Virus record (IMG/VR): IMGVR_UViG_3300007214_000006
DNA: 64,000 nucleotides
Source of the DNA: a virus
Lineage: Duplodnaviria; Caudoviricetes
Reading direction: 5' to 3' (one strand)
Under the pieces are notes generated by a model. That model saw only the letters and a program-made list of their open reading frames with translations, was not told the origin of the DNA and ran no database searches. Positions within the stretch are counted from its first letter, which is position 1. The number at the start of each line of letters is the position of its first letter. Below are positions 1 through 10,113 of this stretch, one piece after another. The position numbers and the translations under genes are program-made.

Positions 1-21
1 CCATAATTTGGAGAATAAATA

Positions 22-168
22 ATGACTAACGAACTCAAAGAAACTATCCAAAATTTTCTTGTTGATTATGATAATACTGTAAATGACTTTGCAGGAATGG
101 CCGATTATGATTTGTGGATGACTACTGCTATTAATCTTTTGGAGCAGACTATCAAGGAGAATAATTAA
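22..168 (+). CDS. small hypothetical protein (48 aa), paralog of 384..539
   Basis: Not in ORF track; read manually as MTNELKETIQNFLVDY...KENN*; GGAGA SD; stop overlaps next ATG. Confidence 0.65.
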   Translation: MTNELKETIQNFLVDYDNTVNDFAGMADYDLWMTTAINLLEQTIKENN

Positions 169-383
169 TGAGTAAAAATGAACTAATCCAAACCATAGCA
201 AAAAAATACGAAAGGCCAGATCAAAATGCTTGGTATTATAGTATATATCCATCATCCTACGAACGTTTTGCTAAAGATATTATTGAAGAGTGCATCAAAA
301 GTGTAGAAAATAGGATAGATTATTTTGGCCCAACATCAGTATACGATATAAAAGAAACTATTAAAAATCATTTTAGAGAATAA

Positions 384-539
384 ATGATGAACAACGAACT
401 TAAAGAAACTATACAAACTTTTTTGACCACTTATGAAATGGCTAATGAACTTCCTATTATTAGACCAATGAGTCATAGTCAATGTAGTTATCTTTTGAGT
501 GTTGCTGTTTTTATTTTGCAAAATTTGGAGAATAAATAA
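384..539 (+). CDS. small hypothetical protein (51 aa), paralog of 22..168
   Basis: Not in ORF track; MMNNELKETIQTFLTTY...LENK*; fills the gap between 168..383 and 539..727 exactly. Confidence 0.65.
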   Translation: MMNNELKETIQTFLTTYEMANELPIIRPMSHSQCSYLLSVAVFILQNLENK

Positions 540-1273
540 TGAATCCCCTACAACAAGCAACTAAAACTTGGATAGAATCTGTCCAGAAGTTTTATGAGAA
601 TACTCCAAGGAATGAATTGACCCAAATTTATATGCGGGGCTATTTCTCTGGTTGGAGCGAAAGGGAAATATTGGAATTGGCCGAAAAACTACTAAAGAAT
701 GAAATGGATTATCCTTTGTATGAGTAATTATTTACCTATTAATGATAACAATAGCAGATTTGATCTAATAGAAATTAAAACTACTAATAGTTGTGATCCA
801 ACTCCTCATTGTAAGATTCATGGGGCTATGAACTGTGTAGCGATTCATCAGAATGGTAAACTTTGGCGTTGTATTCAAAGTAATATGTTAAAAGATTGTA
901 GAGCAGGATGTGAGGAAAGAATATAATGAAAGTTCATGTAATATTTGATTATCCTGGTATTGATCCAGATAGTGAAGAAGCGGACAATATTGTTGAATGT
1001 CTAGAAATAGACCTGGATAGTCTTGCAGAAGATACTGGTCAAGTTTGGTATATTGATGATGCTACTGAGGATTGATATGGAAGTTAATATCAAAACTGAA
1101 TTAGCCGCTCTTGATCGTAATGATTTTGACCAAGCAAATATTTTAGTCGGTCAAATAATGGAAGATATTAAGGAAACTATGGGCGATGACTATTTTATGG
1201 GCATGGCATTAATTGAGGACTATCTGTTTGATCTAATTAATCCAGACCTTTTGGATTTTAACTCAAGCGACAG

Positions 1274-1301
1274 TTGACAACTGCCGATAACATGGTATAA
1301 T
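1274..1301 (+). promoter_or_regulatory. sigma70-like promoter with GCCGAT spacer core
   Basis: TTGACA-actgccgataacatgg-TATAAT (16 nt spacer, extended -10). Confidence 0.8.
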
Positions 1302-2110
1302 CCCACTATGGTACACGTTTACAAATATCCTTGGAATATAAGTATGAATTACTATATTGAAAAGCACGATATGGAAATTATTCTGGATGCTCTTGAGAAT
1401 TTGGTCTTGAGCATGAAAAACACAGAGTCATTTGGTTTGCCTAATCGTAGGCCATATAGCATCGAAGATGTTGATGGTCTTTTTCAGAGTTTTGATAACA
1501 GTTTTGCGGAGGATAGCAAATGAAATCAATAACTGAACAAGTTGCGTCTTATATTTATGATCCGTCTGTTCCTTATGGGACTTATAATGTATTTGCTTGT
1601 TATGAAAGTCTAGAGGATTATGATAGTCGTAATGTGGATTACTATGATCTTTATGATAAGAGCGGATTGTGTGTGAATGAGGGTGATCCTTTTTATGATG
1701 TACCATCTTGGGATCAAGTTTATAAGTATTACTATCTTCCATCAATTAGAGAAGCAAGTAAAGATCATCCTAGAGACTTGAAGTTTGTATGAGTATTGAA
1801 ATTTGGTATAAAGACGGTGAATATCACTGGAGTATGTATGATGGGCCAGATGGAATAGATCATTTTACTGGCACAGCATTTAACCTGGGTGATGCTTTTG
1901 AGCAGATAATTAAACGTCAAATTATTAATAGTATGCAATATAAATGAACGAAGAACCTAGTCCTCTTGAGATTGTGGCAAGTTATATTGAGGATGCTAAC
2001 CAATATGGTTTAGTGCCAGAGGTTGTATATTTTGCTCTTAAATATATGAAAGATAATCCAAAATCTAGTATTGAGGATGCTTTAGATTACGGTTATTGGG
2101 AGTGGTGCAA

Positions 2111-2488
2111 ATGACGGGGATTAATATTCAAACTCCTTGGTCTAATATGTTGATTAATGGGGTTAAAACTGTTGAGACAAGAAAGTACCCTTTGCCACAG
2201 AAATATGTTGGCGAAACACTTGCTCTAGTAGAAACTCCCGGTAAAAGTAGGAGTTTTAAGAGTAGAATAATTGGCACTATTGTTTTTAGTCATAGTTTTA
2301 AATATCCAGATGAACAATGCTGGAAGAATGATTATAATAGACACAGAGTTAGTGAAGCGTGTCATTTTTATAATTGGGATGATAAACCCAAGTATGGATG
2401 GGTAGTTAGCCAAGTCACAAAATTTGATAAGCCTGTTGACATTCGTAAACGAAAAGGTATAATCTTTACAACAGGAGTGAACGTATGA
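2111..2488 (+). CDS. ASCH domain protein
   Basis: GINIQTPWSNMLINGVKTVETRKY matches the ASCH N-terminal signature; start moved to ATG 2111. Confidence 0.8.
   Translation: MTGINIQTPWSNMLINGVKTVETRKYPLPQKYVGETLALVETPGKSRSFKSRIIGTIVFSHSFKYPDEQCWKNDYNRHRVSEACHFYNWDDKPKYGWVVSQVTKFDKPVDIRKRKGIIFTTGVNV
2436..2463 (+). promoter_or_regulatory. sigma70-like promoter inside the 3' end of the ASCH gene
   Basis: TTGACA-16 nt-TATAAT, 22 nt upstream of ORF 2485. Confidence 0.65.
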
Positions 2489-2939
2489 ACAACATTTTTG
2501 ACGAATATACCGCTGTTGAACTAAGAAAGATTTTTAACGAACCAACTGATAATTGGCCTGAAAGTTTTTGTAGTTATGTAAATAGAGAACTTGCTGATAG
2601 TTTGTTGGATATTTGGCTTGAAAATCATGATGATAATGATTATCGAGATGAAGTAAGAGATATTATAGAAAACCTTACTTATGGATATACAGATGATGAT
2701 GGTAATGAAATGCTAGATTTTAACCCAAAGGAGAATGTCTGATGAGTCTTAGTGTTATTGAGCAAAATAAGAAGTTTGTGGTGGCTGAGAATGGTAAGCC
2801 TATCAATTTGCCTAAGAGTGATGGTCAAAGTATTGTGACCGAATTTGATTCTAAGGCAGATGCTGAAAAGTATATGAGTATTCTTTCTACTCTTAAAAAG
2901 CAAAAAAAGTACGCTTAAACAGTTTGTCTCAAGACGCTA

Positions 2940-2967
2940 TTGACAGATGCCGATAGTATGGTATACT
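2940..2967 (+). promoter_or_regulatory. sigma70-like promoter with GCCGAT spacer core
   Basis: TTGACA-gatgccgatagtatgg-TATACT, then GGAG SD and ATG 2987. Confidence 0.8.
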
Positions 2968-4793
2968 ACCGGAAAAGGAGAAATCTATGAACTGGACTAT
3001 GTTGCAATATACCAACGGTATAGCAGATTATATTGATGCAGAATATGATGGAGCAAATGAAGAATTGGGCAGTCTCACAGATGACGAGAAGTGGACTATT
3101 CGTAACATAGTTACTATGCACTACGAATCTCAAGACAGTATCAACAATACTGCTAATTATATCATGAATTATTTGGAAGAAAGCAGAAAATTTATGAATG
3201 ATCTTACGGAGGGTGAATAATGCCTAAGTTTTTGGTTAGTATGAATTATGTTGAGGCTCGCTCCGCCAAGTTTATTATTGAGGCAGAAGATGAGGACGCT
3301 GTTTATGAGGGAATTGGCAATATTGAATCAGATTTTCTTGAAGAAAATATCAAGTGGTATACTAGTGAATATGAGCCACCTGTTATTGATGATGTAAAGG
3401 CTATTCCAAACGATAGCAAAGATTATACCCTTAACAAGAAGATTCAGAAAGAGTTTGATAAGAGCATCAAGGAACTTAGTGAGGAAAATTAAATGACAGT
3501 TCAACAACTGCGTAATATGGGCTATAAGGTACGAGTTCTTCATAATCGTCTTTATAATGGCTATCACAAGTGGCAAGTAGGTGCAGTAGAATCTACCAAA
3601 CATCATTATGGGCCTATTGATCCAGATAGTAAGGGTGGTTCTACTCAGGTAGTTATTGATAGTCCAACTGGAGAGCATTTTCAGGGTCTGGCTATTTGTA
3701 GCAAGAAGGAAAATTACAATAAAAAACTTGGGGTTCGTATCGCTATTGGTAGATGCGGTATTGATCTTCTCAATGATGTTGGACGAAACGGAGTCAAGAT
3801 ATGAACTGGATTTTTATTGTTTGTCGGGATAATAGTGTCGAACAAGTTAAAACTTTTAAGGATTTTTGGGAAGGTGCAAATTTTACCGATAATTTTATTA
3901 AGAGAATAGAGCCTGGAGTTGGTGATCTTCCGGCATATAATCGTAACGAGTATTATAAGAATGGTGATCTGACCGTAGGATTGTATAAAGACGAGTGATT
4001 ATGAACCTAAAATTTAGTCCAGAAACTACTCCTGCAGGCAGCAGATTTCTTTACAAAGATAGTAGAGGCTTTTTAGAAGAAGGAACCATCAGAGAATGGT
4101 CTGATTCTGGACAGTATTTAAACTGGAATGGAAAATGGATGGCTCTAAAAGATTTAGAATATTTTACTCTGGTCGAAATACTACGAGTGGACGATTTGTG
4201 GCAAGATAAAACACCAAAATTTTACAGATGAAGGAACTATATGAAGAAGTTTATTGTGCCATTGATGGTCGGCCTTTGTTTTAGTGGTTATGTTGGTCAA
4301 ACTTTTGTTAATAGTGCTTATGCTATTAATGACAGTGATATTGATAAGATTCTAAAGGCTAAGGATATTGTGCGAAGCATGGTCAATTATCCAGATACTC
4401 TTGTATTCCACGAATTTTATACCAAGGTTAGTGGTAATACTGTTACTCTAAAGTTTACTTGCGAAAATGCTTTTGGAGTAAAGGAAACTCATGTTAAGGA
4501 TATTAGGGTGAACTAATGAGTTTAAATGAATATCTCAAACAACACTTAAATTCTGTGGCTATGATAACTTTTTCCACAGACGAAAAAGAAGTATTTCAAT
4601 ATAATCACTGGAACTATTTGACTAACGGAGAGTTTCATCTATTAAATGATGACTATACATTGGGTCATATCCTATATCCTGGTGATGTTACTATACGAGA
4701 TGATGGTGCTGTTATTTATTCATCGTTAAATCATAAACCCAACAAGGTAGTCTTGAATTTTTATTTTGGTGGGGCTGTTAATTAAAGATTGTG

Positions 4794-4822
4794 TTGACAA
4801 CCGCCGATAACTGTGGTATACT
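4794..4822 (+). promoter_or_regulatory. sigma70-like promoter with GCCGAT spacer core
   Basis: TTGACA-accgccgataactgtgg-TATACT (17 nt). Confidence 0.8.
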
Positions 4823-5689
4823 AAGTTTCTAACTCTTGGAGACTATTATGAACAAGTTCTTGCACGATTATCACTCTGCGGCAGAAGAATGTGCCACTTA
4901 TGTTTTTGAGAGCGAAAGCGAACAGATTGGTTATGAAGAATATATTCAGAGCGGTGGTGATCCTAGAGATCATATTATCTATCATGCTGCTATAGTTTTG
5001 GGCAAACAGAGCGAATTCCAAACTGATATAGATGAGTATGACAAAGATCAGAACCATAATGCTTGAGTATGATTTGATAGAAATTCATCATAATAAAAGA
5101 TTAAAAAACAAACCTTATCTTGTGAGGGTTTTCAGTTATAATAACAGCGATCCTCACGAATTAAGGCTGAATGAGGATGATTTGAAGAATTTGTATAAGA
5201 TTCTGAAAGAGTATAAATATCTATGAATCATAAAGTATCAAGTCAAGTTGTTCATTTCTGGAATAGCGTTCACTGGTATATTGAACAAGAATATCCAGAT
5301 TATTTCAAATACTTCATACCAGAAGATGCTTTGCCTTGGAACGATAAATCCACAGAAAAATATAAGATAGCAAATAAACAATTCAATAAAATTTGGGATA
5401 TGGTTTACTCTTATTACCTTGGAGGTAATGGGGCTGAAGATACTGCGGGCTTTATGGTAGAATATTTTAAAGGAAGAAAAAATGGCTGACCGATTTGATC
5501 TTGAGAGCAAAATCACGGACACTTATAACTTTATTAATCATCTAAACGATTTGAGCGAGTCCGTATCTAACGGCAATCTTGATGATGATGCAATTGTTAA
5601 TGCTCTTAATGGTCTTGCGGTTCTATTGAAGTGTCATACCGATAAACTGTTTGAGGTTTTTACTCAAGCATATAAACTTGACGATTACA

Positions 5690-5806
5690 ATGACCAAACC
5701 TTTATCTAGAGAATACTTAATAAGTAGGGGTAAATGTTGTTCACATAAATGTGTGAATTGTCCATACATTCCAAAGTGGATTAAAGGTAGTACGAAAGTA
5801 AAGTAA
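5690..5806 (+). CDS. small Cys-rich protein (DUF5522-like, 38 aa)
   Basis: Not in ORF track; MTKPLSREYLISRGKCCSHKCVNCPY...; RGxCCxxxCxxCPY motif; stop overlaps next ATG. Confidence 0.6.
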   Translation: MTKPLSREYLISRGKCCSHKCVNCPYIPKWIKGSTKVK

Positions 5807-6405
5807 TGATTACTCTTATAGGAGATGTTCACGGCAAATACGAGAAGTATCATCGTATACTTTCTCGACAAGATGAAAATCCGTACACTCTACAGATAGG
5901 AGATTTTGGATTTAAGTATGACACGTTGAAAAATGTTGACTCTACTAGACACATGATTCTTCCTGGGAACCATGATAATTATGATATTTGCTATAATTAT
6001 TCTCATTTTATGGGAGACTATGGATATACTAGTCTTAACAAAATAGAGTTTTTCTATTATCGTGGAGCATATAGTATTGATCGACAATATAGAACAGTTG
6101 GAATAGATTGGTGGGAAGAAGAACAAGTAACTATAGATCAGTTTATGAAAGCGAGGGAATTGTATAGAAAGGTAAAACCCAATATAGTTATTACTCATGA
6201 TTGTCCGCAAACTATTGCTGCTATGATGCTCAAGCCAGATCAAAGAATTTATGAAAATATTACTAGTTGGGCTTTAAATGAACTGTTTCATATTCATCAA
6301 CCAAAAATTTGGAGATTTGGTCATCACCACAAGAGTTGGAGAATGACTATTAACGGGACAGATTTTAGATGTTTAAATGAATTAGAAATAGAGATCTTAT
6401 CTTAA
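5806..6405 (+). CDS. calcineurin-like metallophosphoesterase
   Basis: Motifs GDVHG, GDFG, GNHD, THD, GHHH. Confidence 0.9.
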   Translation: MITLIGDVHGKYEKYHRILSRQDENPYTLQIGDFGFKYDTLKNVDSTRHMILPGNHDNYDICYNYSHFMGDYGYTSLNKIEFFYYRGAYSIDRQYRTVGIDWWEEEQVTIDQFMKARELYRKVKPNIVITHDCPQTIAAMMLKPDQRIYENITSWALNELFHIHQPKIWRFGHHHKSWRMTINGTDFRCLNELEIEILS

Positions 6406-6451
6406 TTGGTGTATGTATATATGTACCTATCCATGAATAGGAGATATAACT

Positions 6452-7255
6452 ATGGAAAAAACACTCAAACAACTCTTTTTAAAAGAGCAAAAGTCAGCGT
6501 CACAAATAGGAAAAATTATTGGATTAACCACAAACCAAGTATATGGACAATTAACTAAATACGGTATAAGAAAAAATAAACCTAAAATAACAGAATGGTA
6601 TAATCAAAAATTAAAAAATTTTACAGATGAGGAAATTTATATCCTTGGTTTTTTATGGGCAGATGGTTATTTGAATGGATCAGATAGAAAAAGAAACTTA
6701 CAATGTGAAATCGTATATAATGATTTTATTTGTTTAGAAAAAATCTTTGATAAAGTTGGTAGGTGGGGAAGGTTTAAAAGAAAAGCCTCTATTAAAAATG
6801 GGGTATCTAGACAATCTAGAATGTCACTAATAATTAGTGATACTAAACTTATAGATAAATTTTTTCTACTAGATTTCGATAAAAAATCTTTTGTCTGTCC
6901 ATATAAACTGTTAAAAAAAATACCAAAAAATAAACACTATCTTTTTTATAGAGGATATGTTGATGGAGATGGTTGTTTTTATATTACCGATAGAGCAAAA
7001 CAATTTTCTTTATCAAGTACATACGACCAAGATTGGTCACACATAGAAAATTTATTCAAAAATTTAAATATCAAAAAATATAAGATACAAAAAAATATTT
7101 CTAAACTTGGACATCAAGATTCAAGAATCAGAATATCAAATATTGATGATTTAACCAAACTTGTTAATTACCTATATCAAGACAGATTAGACATTGGATT
7201 AAAAAGAAAATACGATAAGGTAGCATCCTACATTTTGACTAAAGACTCCTATTGA
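6452..7255 (+). CDS. free-standing double-motif LAGLIDADG homing endonuclease with N-terminal HTH-like segment
   Basis: YILGFLWADG and FYRGYVDGDG motifs; Lys-rich; sits between two intact genes. Confidence 0.85.
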   Translation: MEKTLKQLFLKEQKSASQIGKIIGLTTNQVYGQLTKYGIRKNKPKITEWYNQKLKNFTDEEIYILGFLWADGYLNGSDRKRNLQCEIVYNDFICLEKIFDKVGRWGRFKRKASIKNGVSRQSRMSLIISDTKLIDKFFLLDFDKKSFVCPYKLLKKIPKNKHYLFYRGYVDGDGCFYITDRAKQFSLSSTYDQDWSHIENLFKNLNIKKYKIQKNISKLGHQDSRIRISNIDDLTKLVNYLYQDRLDIGLKRKYDKVASYILTKDSY

Positions 7256-7279
7256 CAAAGGCCGAATATCTGATATGAT
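7252..7279 (+). promoter_or_regulatory. sigma70-like promoter with GCCGA spacer core
   Basis: TTGACA-aaggccgaatatctga-TATGAT. Confidence 0.7.
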
Positions 7280-7285
7280 AACAAT

Positions 7286-7380
7286 GTTGATGCCGAAAGG
7301 TTGGGATCGCGGGTATTCCCATAATCAACTTCCGTAGAGTTTTAACGTCCAATTTTCTGTATAGATTGAAAAAGAGACTC
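7286..7380 (+). ncRNA. candidate structured 5' leader or small RNA
   Basis: GTTGAT/ATCAAC closing stem enclosing GCC-GAAA-GGT and TGGGA/TCCCA hairpins, starting near predicted +1. Confidence 0.35.
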
Positions 7381-7591
7381 ATATTTAATAGATATTATGA
7401 ATCAAAAACAAAAAGATCAAATACTTGAGGTTATAAAACTTTGTAACCAAAAAATCAAAGACCAAAAACAACATGAAAAAGATGCTGGATATGGTGAAGA
7501 TTATACTGATGGTAGAATTGTTGGTGGTGCTGCGTTGGCACGACGAATATTGGATATATTAAAAGAGTTTCAACTTTAAAAAGGATAAATT

Positions 7592-7774
7592 ATGAAGAGT
7601 AGTAATTATTTTATAATGGCCGCTTTTGCTAGTTTTGTTTTTAGTGTCACACTATGGTTTATGGGAGATACTTACAACGGTGCTTTCGGAGATGCTGATG
7701 TAAATAAACAACAGGCGATCTTTGTCGGACTTTGGGTTCCAAGTATTCTGGCACTTGGTAATTTGGTTAAATGA
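7592..7774 (+). CDS. small two-TM membrane protein
   Basis: Two hydrophobic stretches; AIFVGLWVPSIL. Confidence 0.65.
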   Translation: MKSSNYFIMAAFASFVFSVTLWFMGDTYNGAFGDADVNKQQAIFVGLWVPSILALGNLVK

Positions 7775-7926
7775 ATGATTTTATCATTTTCTTAGTAGGA
7801 CTAGTGGTAACTCTCATAACGGGTATGGGAGTTATTACTAGTCAAGTTTTCTTGGGCTATGCAAAACCTCGTAAAAGATATATAGAACAGGAATCAACAA
7901 CGTATGCTATGGATAAGTCTGCCTAA
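7771..7926 (+). CDS. small single-TM membrane protein (51 aa)
   Basis: Not in ORF track; MNDFIIFLVGLVVTLITGMGVI...; ATGA overlap with the previous gene. Confidence 0.6.
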   Translation: MNDFIIFLVGLVVTLITGMGVITSQVFLGYAKPRKRYIEQESTTYAMDKSA

Positions 7927-8110
7927 AGTATTAGAGATTGCCTGTGGCATATTGCTGGCCCGATCAATACTATATACTGTAAATAAAATCAAGAACTGAA
8001 ATAACAGTCGCCTTTGAGTTGATCGCCAAGGGCAGCATCCTGTAGCCTCTCCTTATATCATTTAAGTGACGCTCAATAATGGGGGTGCTTTCAATACAAC
8101 AGAGAAAAAT

Positions 8111-8659
8111 ATGAATCCTCACAGAAGATATAAAAATTATATGGGTATTCAAGACATATTACTAATAATTTTACCAATAGTTTTGGTATTATTTGCTGTG
8201 TTTGGTCTTAATCCTACTGATAAAAAGAACGCCGAAAAACTCAAACCAATTGATAGAACTAAAATAGTATCAATAGATATCAATGGAACAGTAGAAAGTA
8301 TTCATCCTTGGGGGCGAACAGAAGTTGTTCCCATGAAAAGTGTAGAGTTAGAATATTTTGAATATTGTGACCAATGGGTTATGTATGGAGATGTTGTTCA
8401 ACCAGATGGTCGTAAAGATTATTTTATGCCGGTGATGAGGGGGCATCTTGATCTTAATGTTAAACACATGACAGAAACATGGGTTGAGTATGGTAGTTAT
8501 GCTACTGGCCCACAAGAAAATGAGAAAACTTATGAAGATTTTAGAATGGCTCATATTAAAATAATAAACGCTAAAATTAGCGATATAGAATACTCTCATT
8601 ATAGACTATCTCCAAATAATACTTGGTCTATTATATGTTCTTGGCAAGCAAAATTTTGA
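8111..8659 (+). CDS. membrane-anchored hypothetical protein
   Basis: N-terminal TM helix ILLIILPIVLVLFAVFGL; ATG 8111 preferred over GTG 8066. Confidence 0.6.
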   Translation: MNPHRRYKNYMGIQDILLIILPIVLVLFAVFGLNPTDKKNAEKLKPIDRTKIVSIDINGTVESIHPWGRTEVVPMKSVELEYFEYCDQWVMYGDVVQPDGRKDYFMPVMRGHLDLNVKHMTETWVEYGSYATGPQENEKTYEDFRMAHIKIINAKISDIEYSHYRLSPNNTWSIICSWQAKF

Positions 8660-8662
8660 GAG

Positions 8663-8690
8663 TTGACAATTCTAATCTTTGTGCTACACT
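8663..8690 (+). promoter_or_regulatory. sigma70-like promoter
   Basis: TTGACA-16 nt-TACACT with TG extension. Confidence 0.55.
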
Positions 8691-8901
8691 TTATCTATGA
8701 ATAGACATTTACTTATTCTAGCCAGAGCAATAGACCACAGAGTTGGTAAAGATGACTATGATAAGCCAGATATTCCAGTTTTAACTCAACAAGAAGCATG
8801 GACAGCATTTAGCATCAAACTTAGTATTATTCTTATAAACTTTATTACTTGCTCTTTTATTATTGCAAATATTATACATCATTGGTAGTTTATGGATACT
8901 A

Positions 8902-8930
8902 TTGACAAACAAATGCAAGAGTTGTATAAT
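8902..8930 (+). promoter_or_regulatory. consensus sigma70 promoter
   Basis: TTGACA-17 nt (ending TG)-TATAAT. Confidence 0.65.
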
Positions 8931-8993
8931 AAAATGGGTTGGGGCAAGTATAGCAGTGTTGATCTTACCAGAAAAGAATATTTTTCAGAAACT

Positions 8994-9296
8994 ATGAAAA
9001 CCTTTAAGCACAAAACAGTTAAAGTAACTGATCGTATTTATTGTGATGTTTGTGGAGAATCTTGCACAAAAGGCGATGAAGATAATGGATGGATTGACCA
9101 TGAATATGCCACAATAGAGGCTACTTGGGGATATTGGTCAAAACAAGATGGAACTCAATATCATATTGAAATGTGTGAAAACTGTTTTAATGAAGTGTTA
9201 GAGTCTGTTAAGAAAAAACGCAAGAAGTTTTTGGGGCCATTCAAATATCCCCATGACGAAGATCCATTAACCGGAAAAAATTACTTTCCAACATAA
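8994..9296 (+). CDS. Zn-finger hypothetical protein
   Basis: CDVCG...CENC pairs; start moved downstream of the promoter at 8902. Confidence 0.6.
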   Translation: MKTFKHKTVKVTDRIYCDVCGESCTKGDEDNGWIDHEYATIEATWGYWSKQDGTQYHIEMCENCFNEVLESVKKKRKKFLGPFKYPHDEDPLTGKNYFPT

Positions 9297-9297
9297 T

Positions 9298-10113
9298 ATG
9301 TCAAAAATTCATATAATTTGTAATAGACATGACGAAAATCTTCTATCCTTGTATCAAGAGGCATTGAATATTGGATACGAAGTTATCCCGTTTTATCATC
9401 AAAAATACGACGATTCATTTGAGAAATTATATGAAAAGGTATCAATAGATGATTACGTCATGGTATTGCATACTAGTTTTGGTAGTGAATTGTTACATAA
9501 CTTAGTCAGCAGAATTAATTGCAAAAGGTTTCTAAATAGTATTCCATATAAAAATACTTTGATTGGAAACAAATTATTTCAGCAAAACAAAGTTAAAGAA
9601 TTTGATGAATCTATAACAATATCAACACACACAAAAGAAAATATAACTGGCCTCTCAGCACCGTTTATTGCTAAACCAATAGATAGTTCTTGCGGCAAGG
9701 GAGTATTTTTGTTTGAAGATAAAACTGTTATAAATAATGCTCCAAGCAACTATATTTTCCAGCCATATATACCAAATGATGGAGATTGGCGTGTTGTTGT
9801 TATTGGAGGAAAAGCAGTTAGCGCTATAAAAAGATTGGGCAAAGTCGGTCAAGCCACAAATAATATTGCTACCGGAAGTTTTGCTATTAAAGAAAATAAT
9901 ACATCCATACTAGATAAAATCTATAATATAGCAGAATCTGTGTCACAGCACATAAAGTTTGATTATGTTGGAATTGATATTATTAAAGATTCTACAAATG
10001 ATAAATATTATTTTTTAGAATCCAATGAAAGACCCACATTTGAGACTAGTCAAATTCTAACAGGAATAAATATAGCACAAAAAATTATACAAGAATTGGT
10101 AAAAAATGCTTAA
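9298..10113 (+). CDS. RimK-like ATP-grasp ligase
   Basis: FIAKP, FQPYI, DWRVVVIGG, NIATG, YVGIDII, LESNERP. Confidence 0.85.
   Translation: MSKIHIICNRHDENLLSLYQEALNIGYEVIPFYHQKYDDSFEKLYEKVSIDDYVMVLHTSFGSELLHNLVSRINCKRFLNSIPYKNTLIGNKLFQQNKVKEFDESITISTHTKENITGLSAPFIAKPIDSSCGKGVFLFEDKTVINNAPSNYIFQPYIPNDGDWRVVVIGGKAVSAIKRLGKVGQATNNIATGSFAIKENNTSILDKIYNIAESVSQHIKFDYVGIDIIKDSTNDKYYFLESNERPTFETSQILTGINIAQKIIQELVKNA

Larger units (their letters stand above)
22..5709 (+). other. array of about 25 small, mostly acidic hypothetical ORFs (early/host-takeover-type region)
   Basis: Tandem 45-130 aa ORFs with overlapping stop/start codons (TAATG, ATGA), GGAG SD sites and sigma70 promoters at 1274, 2436, 2940 and 4794. 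Confidence 0.8.

Noticed and set aside
7286-7329. Hammerhead ribozyme
   Set aside because: Three-stem geometry is present but the CUGANGA core is absent.
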